Of a stretch of DNA of 49,636 nucleotides, positions 41,899-49,509 are shown in pieces. The notes under the pieces were generated by a model. That model did no database searches and was not told where the DNA came from. It saw nothing but the letters and a program-made list of their open reading frames with translations. The position numbers were made by a program, and so were the translations under genes. The stretch comes from a virus: the IMG/VR virus record IMGVR_UViG_3300033987_000055; one strand, given 5' to 3'. Within the stretch, counting starts at the first letter, position 1. Each line of letters opens with the position of its first letter.

Positions 41899-42734
41899 TA
41901 TTTTAAAACCCCTTCTATTTCTCTAATCCACTGTCTTATCTCTTCTTTATTTTCTTCTAGGTAGTTGTAGTAGGTTTCTTCACTTTCTAGTTCGTCATAC
42001 TGTATATCTACTTGCCCATGCCCTGCTGCTGATTTTCCTCCTATGAATGGTACCTCTTTTAATTTCTTTAGTGTAGCGTTTACCATTGCTTCTTCTACTT
42101 TATTGACGTTCTCGATTACTATAGTTCCTATTAATTCAGTTCCTGCGGATAGACATTGCATTTCATATTTCATTTGCACTGGGTCATCATTTTTCTTTTT
42201 GGCTACTTCCTCTTTGATGTTGTATTCTACAGACTTAAGGTCGTCTTTCCTTGTATAAAATACTTCTTCTAGCATGTCATAGAAGGATATATCGCTTTCT
42301 ATACCTGTATAATCTACTGTTTCCTTGCATATTGGTAGGAATATTGGAGCTTTCATTTTCCCTTGAAGTATTTGGTCCCCTATAGCTGTTCCAAGTAGAG
42401 CTAATGGCGGACACATCTTTCTAATTCTTCTTCTCTCTCCTACTTCTACATATCTAGCTCCGCCGACTAAAGCTCCACCAGTAAATAGAGTATAATATAG
42501 TTTCTCTGAAATTCCTTCTTCAGCAATACCCAATCTTTCAAGATAATCCCTCATAGCTATTCTTCTAAATTGTCCCCTGAATCCATTACCTGAATAAACT
42601 GGTATATCTATGAATTCACCGTTGTATAAGAATTTGTTTGTCCTCATAATCTGCATAGTTCCTAATCTTTCATCTCCAAAGTGGCTTAGTGGGCTTAATA
42701 ATTTCATCCTCACATCAATTTTTATATTATCCAT
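41898..42734 (-). CDS. csf2: Cas7-family RAMP (Csf2-like backbone subunit)
   Basis: IPVYSGNGFRGQFRRIAMRDYL and the C-terminal FIGGKSAAGHGQV glycine-rich loop. Confidence 0.75.
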   Translation of the reverse strand: MDNIKIDVRMKLLSPLSHFGDERLGTMQIMRTNKFLYNGEFIDIPVYSGNGFRGQFRRIAMRDYLERLGIAEEGISEKLYYTLFTGGALVGGARYVEVGERRRIRKMCPPLALLGTAIGDQILQGKMKAPIFLPICKETVDYTGIESDISFYDMLEEVFYTRKDDLKSVEYNIKEEVAKKKNDDPVQMKYEMQCLSAGTELIGTIVIENVNKVEEAMVNATLKKLKEVPFIGGKSAAGHGQVDIQYDELESEETYYNYLEENKEEIRQWIREIEGVLK

Positions 42735-43185
42735 CTATCTTAACCCCTTTCTCTGTAAATTTTACTTGTCTATTCCTTTCTTTTAATTCTCTTTCTCTCA
42801 ATTCTTGTTCTTTTAAGGATTCTTCCATTGCTTTTCTTGCATCTCTGTTTAGTCGAACTTCTAGTACTAACTGCAATGTTTCTTCTCTTATCAGCTTTAG
42901 TACTGCTTGTTTGAATTCCTCTGACTGTTGGCTAACATCTCTAAATATTCTGCTTCTTAAACTTCTGACGTCCATTTTTCTAGCTAGTTTTTCCACAAAG
43001 TTTTCATATGAGTTTGTAGTCATTGCTGCTGCTTTGATTTTGTTTCCAAATTCATCCCAAATGCCGTATGCTCTTCTTGAATCTACCTTGTCCCAGTCTA
43101 TACAGGACCAAATACCGTATATGGTAGATATGGCTACATCTCGTATGTTTTCTTCTGTGAAAGCAATTTCTATACGTCTATCCAT
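42727..43185 (-). CDS. cas11: Cas11-like small helical subunit
   Basis: 152 aa, all-helical by composition, Arg/Glu-rich. The call rests on its position between the csf1-like gene and csf2. Confidence 0.45.
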   Translation of the reverse strand: MDRRIEIAFTEENIRDVAISTIYGIWSCIDWDKVDSRRAYGIWDEFGNKIKAAAMTTNSYENFVEKLARKMDVRSLRSRIFRDVSQQSEEFKQAVLKLIREETLQLVLEVRLNRDARKAMEESLKEQELRERELKERNRQVKFTEKGVKIDG

Positions 43186-43195
43186 TTTATCCCTC

Positions 43196-43975
43196 CTAAA
43201 ATAGTTTTAATTGACCTTCTACTTGACTTTGTTCTTTTTCCTTTTGCTGTTTTTGTGCTTGCTTTTGCTTTTTCTTTTCTTCTTTCTGCTTCTTGATTCT
43301 TTCCTCAACTATTTTGTTTCTTTCCTCGCTGTTTAGTATGTATACTAGTAGATCGAATTGATGTGTACCTCTGTACTGCCTAATTACATCTTCATGTGCT
43401 TTGAATCTTTCTAACCCATATTCTTCTATTCTTGCTATAGAGTATTGCCCAGTCAATATCTCATCCTTTTGAAAATACATATACATATCCCAAATTATGT
43501 CGTATAATACTTTCATGTTTGCTCTATCAAATACGTATTCTTTATCCTCTTCTCTGATTATAAATACATTTGTGTTGTTGTTTACCTTACATCTATAAGA
43601 GTTGTGTTTTTTAAAGCTTCTCGTGATGCCAATTACAAAATCACCTGATACATACTTGTCTATGTTGAATAGATATTCTTCTAAGTCGTTTTTCTTCAGT
43701 AGATATAAGTTGTCTTTGTCTGCTATGATGTTATTTGTTCTTAGTTCCCTTATTTTTACACATGTTGCACATTCCTTGCATATATGAGTACCTTGTATGT
43801 TTGCGAATACGTCATAGTCAGTAAAGTTCCCTGATACTACTTTCTTGTATTTAACGCCTTCTCTGATTTCTTTGCCACACATCATGCATTTTGTTTCTAC
43901 ATCTTCTAGTTCTAGATCTGGAAGCTCTATGTTAGATTTCTTCAATGCACTGTATATGATTTCAGTTGCGTTCAA
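43196..43975 (-). CDS. csf1: Csf1-like (Cas8-like) large subunit with a zinc finger
   Basis: 259 aa. CMMCGKE..(n32)..HICKECATC. TTG start after GGGGGTGA. First gene of the operon. Lys/Glu-rich tail. Confidence 0.5.
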   Translation of the reverse strand: MNATEIIYSALKKSNIELPDLELEDVETKCMMCGKEIREGVKYKKVVSGNFTDYDVFANIQGTHICKECATCVKIRELRTNNIIADKDNLYLLKKNDLEEYLFNIDKYVSGDFVIGITRSFKKHNSYRCKVNNNTNVFIIREEDKEYVFDRANMKVLYDIIWDMYMYFQKDEILTGQYSIARIEEYGLERFKAHEDVIRQYRGTHQFDLLVYILNSEERNKIVEERIKKQKEEKKKQKQAQKQQKEKEQSQVEGQLKLF

Positions 43976-44003
43976 CTTATCACCCCCTTTGCTTATAGTT
44001 AAG

Positions 44004-44042
44004 TTTATAATATAATATCTTTAGCTAACATTTTTCCTGCCC
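44004..44042 (-). repeat. Direct repeat flanking the Cas operon (upstream copy, about 30 nt before the csf1 start)
   Basis: tttataatataatatctttagctaacatttttcctgccc. Confidence 0.8.
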
Positions 44043-44062
44043 TTTTTTAGGGCTTTCTTTTT

Positions 44063-44401
44063 TTATAACATATCTATTGTGTAATACAAATCATCTAAAA
44101 TGCTGTCGTTCAGTTCCTCTATAGTTTCTATCCCATGTTCTTTAATCATTGTGTCAATTGCTTGCATTGCTCCATTAAGACCATAGATTCCAATTAGTTG
44201 TTTTAAATTGTTTGTAAAATCCCAGTATTTTCTCTTTTCCTTCTCCTCACCTTCAACTTTAATTTTAAAGCTTGAAAATCCTAGTTGCATTTTCTTGCTT
44301 AATAACTGCAACAGTTCCTTATCTGAGAAAGCATATTCTGTCAATGTTACTGGTTCTCCGCTTAAAGAATTCTTTTTACTAAGTACTTTTATTGATTTCA
44401 T
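44063..44401 (-). CDS. Hypothetical protein (112 aa)
   Basis: ORF track. Confidence 0.5.
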   Translation of the reverse strand: MKSIKVLSKKNSLSGEPVTLTEYAFSDKELLQLLSKKMQLGFSSFKIKVEGEEKEKRKYWDFTNNLKQLIGIYGLNGAMQAIDTMIKEHGIETIEELNDSILDDLYYTIDML

Positions 44402-44412
44402 CTTATATCCCC

Positions 44413-44604
44413 CTAATAAGCTTTCTTCCTATCTCTCAATTTATAATCCATTTGTAACGTACCTTGATGGTTTAATATTTCTATTTGTATGTAATCTAAT
44501 TTTCCTTCTTTTTCTGCTACATTTAATACTACATCTATGAAATTAATCATCTGATTTCTTAAACAACTCTTTTTTGTTTGTGCCACTCTTTTATCTATCT
44601 CCAT
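44413..44604 (-). CDS. Hypothetical protein (63 aa)
   Basis: ORF track. Confidence 0.45.
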   Translation of the reverse strand: MEIDKRVAQTKKSCLRNQMINFIDVVLNVAEKEGKLDYIQIEILNHQGTLQMDYKLRDRKKAY

Positions 44605-44874
44605 GTAACCCCTCCTCGTCTAATTCTATAACTGTCATAATTGAATAATTTGCTAAGTCCATTATGTGTCTCTTATACTTTCATCTTCTACTTTCTGTTC
44701 CTTAGTGCATAAACTCTGTAATCTATTTACCTTATCAGTTATCCTTGTAACTGCCGATATTATCCCTAATTTTTTAAATGTTTCTCCAAAGCTATCCCCA
44801 TAGTCATGGTTTTTATCTCTGTATATTCGGTTGAGCTGTTTGCATATTTCTGCATGTTTTTCATATTTATTCAT
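44591..44874 (-). pseudogene. DUF1599 (nucleotide-modification-associated domain 1) gene split by a frameshift
   Basis: The 70-aa ORF ends ..KVEDESIRDT-stop. The expected continuation (M)DLANYSIMTVIELDEE.. lies in the next frame, starting at the overlapping TAATG (44664..44660). Confidence 0.55.
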
Positions 44875-45214
44875 TTCTATCCTCTCCTGTACTTGATTCC
44901 GCTACATTTGATATAGATTCTATAAATTCCTCTGGCACTCTATCAAATCCCGCCATATTTCTTGCTATGAGGTATACTCTTATTTTTTTTCCATTTATCC
45001 ATATATTTCTTACTCCGCAAACCATCCCTTTCTGTAAGGTTGGATAGCTTTTTACCCACCATTTGGAATGTTCCCCTTCTATATATCCTATTTTGCGCTT
45101 TATCGCAAACTCTTTTGTTGCTTCCCTGTCTATGCTTTTATGAAAAAATGATTTTTTAATGGGTATAAGACTTTTCTTAAAATATATTACATCCCCTAAT
45201 TTAAATCCCATCAC
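44867..45214 (-). CDS. Hypothetical protein (115 aa)
   Basis: ORF track. Confidence 0.5.
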   Translation of the reverse strand: MMGFKLGDVIYFKKSLIPIKKSFFHKSIDREATKEFAIKRKIGYIEGEHSKWWVKSYPTLQKGMVCGVRNIWINGKKIRVYLIARNMAGFDRVPEEFIESISNVAESSTGEDRNE

Positions 45215-45530
45215 GATTTACGCTCCTTTCAACTTCAAATCCATCAGGGTATCTTTTTCGCAACTTTTCTATATTCCTTTTTGCTACTTCTTCCATTGTT
45301 ACCCCAATACCTGTGCAAGTTTCTGCTATGTACCAAAGTACATCTCCTAATTCATCTATTAGTTTTTCCTTGTCCAATTCATGACCTTGATAAAAATACT
45401 TTTTAAATATATCTATACACTCTCCAGCTTCACCATTTAGCCCCATTAATCCATTTAAAACTTTATCAATTACAGAATTTTTCTTTGAGCTTGTTCTTTG
45501 TGCTAGTCTTTGATATTCATTAAAATTCAT
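45201..45530 (-). CDS. mazG: MazG-like nucleotide pyrophosphohydrolase
   Basis: LNGEAGECIDIFKKYFYQGH..LIDELGDVLWYIAE..NIEKLRKRYPDGF. Confidence 0.85.
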   Translation of the reverse strand: MNFNEYQRLAQRTSSKKNSVIDKVLNGLMGLNGEAGECIDIFKKYFYQGHELDKEKLIDELGDVLWYIAETCTGIGVTMEEVAKRNIEKLRKRYPDGFEVERSVNRDGI

Positions 45531-45894
45531 TTTTTGTTAACCCCCTTTTGTATTCATCTATAGCTCTGTATCTAGCAGATTCAAACATTAATGCCAGTGT
45601 TTTTATTTCATTCTTGTTTAACTTTCTAAATAATACTGTATTTCTCATTCCAGTCATTTTTGTAATTCTGTCTATATATTCTTTTTTCGATAGTTCTCCT
45701 GTACGGTTACCCCCAATTCATCCAATCACCCCCTTTTATATTGCTCTTTCTATATATACATAACCTTTGTGAATTTCCATTTTTGCTTTCCCATAGAATT
45801 GTTTTGTTATAGCAATTTTTTCTTTGAATGTTCTATAAGGAATAGCTTCTATAACAACTTTCTTTTCCTCTCTTTCAAGTCTATCTATCCCATT

Positions 45895-46299
45895 TTATCC
45901 CTCCATTAATTCAGGATTTTCGTAAATATTACCAATAACCTCAACCAATTCCCAAGTAACATCGTCTATATAGTACTTGTACTTTATTTCTTGCAAAACG
46001 TATCTATCTTTCGCCCAAACCACTTTGAATTTTGCTATATCTATATCTTTGTGAATATTTCTATCGTATAAAACTATATCTGCTTCATAAATTTCTTTTC
46101 CGTTTTTATCATGAGACCCTATAAAAAACATAAGTTCATATTCATTTTCTGGAACTATACCGTGCCAATGCCAATTTTTATACGTATCCATAACCCCTAA
46201 ATTTCCGTTAAAGTCAAGCACAGGTATAATTGTTGCAAATTTTCTAGGCTTAATCATTCTGTTATTTCTCTTATCCCATACTCTAAATTTAATTTTCAT
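45895..46299 (-). CDS. YopX-family protein
   Basis: MKIKFRVWD..DKNGKEIYEADIV..VIGNIYENPELMEG. Confidence 0.85.
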   Translation of the reverse strand: MKIKFRVWDKRNNRMIKPRKFATIIPVLDFNGNLGVMDTYKNWHWHGIVPENEYELMFFIGSHDKNGKEIYEADIVLYDRNIHKDIDIAKFKVVWAKDRYVLQEIKYKYYIDDVTWELVEVIGNIYENPELMEG

Positions 46300-46466
46300 T
46301 ACTCTTCCTCGCCTTCCTTTTTTTCTCCTTCAACCCACTCAATGATGATATGTCTTACCCTATACCATGTTGTACAACACTTTGGACATTCGTATTTATC
46401 GGTACTTGGATTCATGCTAAGTTGTTTTAATTTTTCACCGCAGTTTAGACAATGATAACCGTTCAT
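46299..46466 (-). CDS. Small zinc-ribbon protein (55 aa)
   Basis: Not in the ORF track. Sequence MNGYHCLNCGEKLK..YECPKCCTTWY. ATGA and TAATG overlaps with its neighbours. Confidence 0.5.
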   Translation of the reverse strand: MNGYHCLNCGEKLKQLSMNPSTDKYECPKCCTTWYRVRHIIIEWVEGEKKEGEEE

Positions 46467-46651
46467 CTTTCCTCGACCTCGCTTTCTTTTTGTTTCTCAA
46501 CGACCAATTCTTCTTGAAATAGTCTTGTCATGATTATAGTATCAATGTTCCTCCAAACTTCTTCAGGAAGATTAATCTTTATTTTCTTTTCATCAGGCAT
46601 GTAATCCACTTGGAATATGTCGTTTGTATTACTCATCTTTTGTTCCCCCAC
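46463..46651 (-). CDS. Hypothetical protein (62 aa)
   Basis: ORF track. Confidence 0.45.
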   Translation of the reverse strand: MGEQKMSNTNDIFQVDYMPDEKKIKINLPEEVWRNIDTIIMTRLFQEELVVEKQKESEVEER

Positions 46652-46838
46652 TTTCCTTCTGACTATATGACCAATACAATCTCAACAAGTATAATCCAAG
46701 CCAACCGTACACAACAGCATTTATCATTTCTCTACTTAAAAAGTGAGTTTCTGGCGTTATGTTTTCAACGAATAATAAAAACCCTATAATGCAAATTACA
46801 CTAAACATTAAAATAATTGCATTTAATACTATTTTCAT
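46629..46838 (-). CDS. Small membrane protein (69 aa, 2 TM)
   Basis: ORF track. Hydrophobic segments are visible. Confidence 0.5.
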   Translation of the reverse strand: MKIVLNAIILMFSVICIIGFLLFVENITPETHFLSREMINAVVYGWLGLYLLRLYWSYSQKESGGTKDE

Positions 46839-47014
46839 TGGTCAATTTTACCTCCTTCTTTTCTTGCATACCTAACCAAGTTTTCCCACCTTCGTATTGT
46901 GTCGTATGGAATTGCAACTTTTCTAATTGACATGTCATATATCAGGAGTATTGCTTTTTCAAGTGCATTTATCAGGTCATTGTAAACATTGTCTGATACA
47001 CCATCAGGCTTCAT
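46835..47014 (-). CDS. Hypothetical protein (59 aa)
   Basis: Not in the ORF track. ATGA overlaps at both ends. Sequence MKPDGVSDNVYNDLINALEKAILLIYDMS... Confidence 0.45.
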   Translation of the reverse strand: MKPDGVSDNVYNDLINALEKAILLIYDMSIRKVAIPYDTIRRWENLVRYARKEGGKIDQ

Positions 47015-47250
47015 TTCCCCTCATCCTCCCCGAATATTTCATTCACTAACTTTCTATACAAATCTGGCTTATTTTCTCTCAGTTGCCTTACAAATTCTGC
47101 TAATATTAGGGATTCATCGTCAATTTCAATGTCTCCACCACAACCGCACCTAAACCTTGTGTATTCGTTATCTCTTTGCAGTAAACTTTGTTTGTATAAT
47201 TCTCCACAATTTCGGCAACGTATTGCTATATTTGCTTCAAATAAAATCAT
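47011..47250 (-). CDS. Zinc-ribbon protein (79 aa)
   Basis: CRNCGE..(n19)..CGCGG. Confidence 0.5.
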   Translation of the reverse strand: MILFEANIAIRCRNCGELYKQSLLQRDNEYTRFRCGCGGDIEIDDESLILAEFVRQLRENKPDLYRKLVNEIFGEDEGK

Positions 47251-47287
47251 CCTTCCTCGACCTCACTTTCCTTCTTTTCTTCACACT

Positions 47288-47539
47288 TCATATCCCCATC
47301 TCCTTTACGGTTTTCATAATCCTGTCAAACGTCTTAGGTCCTACTCCTTTTGTATTTTCCAATACTTTGACTAACTGTATTTTAAAGTCTGCTTTATTTC
47401 CATCCTCAATTCCATCTTGGTAGCCTTGATGGTATATTCTTGCTAAGAAAGTCTCCATCTCTTGCCTGTCCATCTTCTTAATTTCTTTATACAGTTTTCT
47501 TGTGATTAATTGCAATTTTTCACCACCCTTCGCAACCAT
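47288..47539 (-). CDS. Hypothetical protein (83 aa)
   Basis: ORF track. Confidence 0.5.
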   Translation of the reverse strand: MVAKGGEKLQLITRKLYKEIKKMDRQEMETFLARIYHQGYQDGIEDGNKADFKIQLVKVLENTKGVGPKTFDRIMKTVKEMGI

Positions 47540-47861
47540 CAGCGTATAAAGGTGGAATCAGCTCCCCATTTGGTAAAAACTCTCTTAAACAATTAACGCA
47601 ATAATATGCTTCTACTACGTTGTCATGCCACGTATCAACTTTATTAATTCGACTACTCCCACAGAAAGGGCATTTATCTATTTGTGTTTCATGTATTCTC
47701 TTAATTGGCTTATTTGATTGTGTTAAAATTCTATACCTCCGTATTATTGCATGTATTGTTCTGTTCGTCATTTCCTTTGATAATTTTGTAGGACCTTTTA
47801 ACTTATATTCTCTAAGGAGTTTTTCGTCTTCTTCAACAGTCCATCTCCTCCATTCCCTCAA
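47520..47861 (-). CDS. Myb/SANT-like plus zinc-ribbon protein (113 aa)
   Basis: WRRWTVEEDEKLLREY.. and CPFCGS..(n21)..CVNC. Confidence 0.5.
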   Translation of the reverse strand: MREWRRWTVEEDEKLLREYKLKGPTKLSKEMTNRTIHAIIRRYRILTQSNKPIKRIHETQIDKCPFCGSSRINKVDTWHDNVVEAYYCVNCLREFLPNGELIPPLYADGCEGW

Positions 47862-47863
47862 CG

Positions 47864-48289
47864 CTATCCCTCCAGTAATTCAGGATTTTCATAGATATTC
47901 CCGATTATTTCAAATTCCACTGGAATTGCTAATCTATCTATTGCACACATAGGTAGCCATTCTGTCCATCCTTGATGAGGAAAACTTTTATATTTGGTTT
48001 TTAGATAGAAACACCCTCTAATAAAATCAACATAATATATTGCATTGTTAGTATCTTTTAAAATATCTCCTTCATAGATTTCTTTGCCATTTTTATCTTT
48101 TAGACCTGTATATTGCATTAAGACGTATCTTTCTGGATATGGTCTGCTATCACAATCAGAGAATCCCATTGGTCTCCCAACCATCAATATGTGTTCTAAT
48201 ATTGTGATTATGCTTCTAGGTGAATCTACCATGTGAGAATATCTTTCATCTTCTTCTCGAACCCAGGCTCTAAATTTAATCGCTCTCAT
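47864..48289 (-). CDS. YopX-family protein (second paralogue)
   Basis: MRAIKFRAW..DKNGKEIYEGDIL..IIGNIYENPELLEG. Confidence 0.85.
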   Translation of the reverse strand: MRAIKFRAWVREEDERYSHMVDSPRSIITILEHILMVGRPMGFSDCDSRPYPERYVLMQYTGLKDKNGKEIYEGDILKDTNNAIYYVDFIRGCFYLKTKYKSFPHQGWTEWLPMCAIDRLAIPVEFEIIGNIYENPELLEG

Positions 48290-48299
48290 TTTATCCCTC

Positions 48300-48470
48300 C
48301 TAATTCATTAAATCTTCTATAACATATCTAACTCTTTGAAATACACTAGCTTGTGCCTGATTAACTAAATATGACATCATATCTTGTTTTTTAAAAGCTT
48401 TTTCTGCATAGTCGTAATATATTTCTTCTTGAGCTGTAACATATTCCAAAAGCTTATCTAATTTATTCAT
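48300..48470 (-). CDS. Hypothetical protein (56 aa)
   Basis: Not in the ORF track. Sequence MNKLDKLLEYVTAQEEIYYDYAEKAFKK... Confidence 0.45.
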   Translation of the reverse strand: MNKLDKLLEYVTAQEEIYYDYAEKAFKKQDMMSYLVNQAQASVFQRVRYVIEDLMN

Positions 48471-48798
48471 CCTTCTCCCTCCAAGCTCTATATAATTTAA
48501 ACCAATCTTCAGCTCTCATTGTGATTTTCCAACTTTCCCTATTCCTTCTATGTGCTACAATAGGTATTTCATTTTCTTTCTTGTCTCTTTCTGCTTGTTG
48601 TAGGGCTTGTTCTATATTTAAGCGTTCTACTCTTTTTACTTCAATATGTATTCCATCTAATCCAACAACATCTTGTCCATCTAAACCATTATATTGTTGT
48701 CCTCTCCTTGCATTTTCAAATCCATGCTTCCTACATAGTGCTGCAAATTCTCTTTCTCCTGCTTTCCCTTTCTCTCTGCTATTTATTTTTTTAGCCAC
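48463..48798 (-). CDS. PD-(D/E)XK-type nuclease, putative Holliday-junction resolvase
   Basis: KGKAGEREFAALCRKHGF..DV.GLDGIHIEVKR. Confidence 0.55.
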   Translation of the reverse strand: MAKKINSREKGKAGEREFAALCRKHGFENARRGQQYNGLDGQDVVGLDGIHIEVKRVERLNIEQALQQAERDKKENEIPIVAHRRNRESWKITMRAEDWFKLYRAWREKDE

Positions 48799-48912
48799 TT
48801 TCTCACCTTCCTTCGTGGCCTTATTATCACTCTGTCATAGATATAATATTTCAAAAACTTCCCACTGCTAAGGTTTGTCCTAGATTTCCACATTCGCCAT
48901 GCTCGTATCACT

Positions 48913-49107
48913 TCACCACCCCTTAAACATTTCAGTTATTGTTTTCTTTCGATAATGCTCTTTCATTTGCTCCCTTAGCATTTTTTTAGCTTCATGTATG
49001 CACTCATTTACTGTAAGCCCTGTATTTTGGGCTACCTCTATAATGCCTTTAATAAGCTCCTCTCTAAACTCTCTCACTCTATCCCTCCTAAAATGGAATA
49101 TTTTCAC
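48913..49107 (-). CDS. Hypothetical protein (64 aa)
   Basis: ORF track. Confidence 0.45.
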   Translation of the reverse strand: MKIFHFRRDRVREFREELIKGIIEVAQNTGLTVNECIHEAKKMLREQMKEHYRKKTITEMFKGW

Positions 49108-49492
49108 TCTCCGAATTCACTTCAATAAATCCGTCAGGTATATCATTATCCTTGCCCCACTCTAGGAATTGTACTTGATTGGCTACCACTTCTGTGGCAT
49201 ATCTTCTTGAACCATCTTTTGTCTCCCAACTTCTTGATTGAATTCTTCCTTGTATCGCTACCAATCTCCCTTTTTCTAGATAGTTAGCACAGTTCTCTGC
49301 TGACTTCCCAAAGACAATGATATTTATGAAGTCAGCAGTTTGTTCCCCTTTTTCCTCTAATTCCTGCTTCTTTTCCCTAGAAAGTTCCCTATCTACTGCT
49401 AGCGTGAATGTTGTTACTGCTGTTCCTGTGCCTGGTAGATATCTTAACTCTGGGTCTCTTGTTAGCCTACCAATTAACATAACTAAATTCAT
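49088..49492 (-). CDS. ssb: Single-stranded DNA-binding protein
   Basis: MNLVMLIGRLTRDPELRY OB-fold N-terminus and an acidic ..ENIPF tail. ATG 49492 follows AAAGGAGGAA. The ORF-track start at 49534 is too long. Confidence 0.9.
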   Translation of the reverse strand: MNLVMLIGRLTRDPELRYLPGTGTAVTTFTLAVDRELSREKKQELEEKGEQTADFINIIVFGKSAENCANYLEKGRLVAIQGRIQSRSWETKDGSRRYATEVVANQVQFLEWGKDNDIPDGFIEVNSESENIPF

Positions 49493-49509
49493 TTTTATTC
49501 CTCCTTTTA

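Noticed and set aside
39167-44042. The about 40-bp operon-flanking boxes as degenerate CRISPR repeats.
   Set aside because: They are 4.8 kb apart with protein-coding genes between them, are AT-rich and unstructured, and sit at promoter-like distances from downstream starts. A promoter or recombination-scar interpretation is preferred.
45898-47905. About 30-nt DNA repeat (tccctcca.taattcaggattttc.ta.atatt) at 45898.. and 47868...
   Set aside because: It is explained by the conserved C-termini (GNIYENPEL(L/M)EG) of the two YopX paralogues, not by an independent element.
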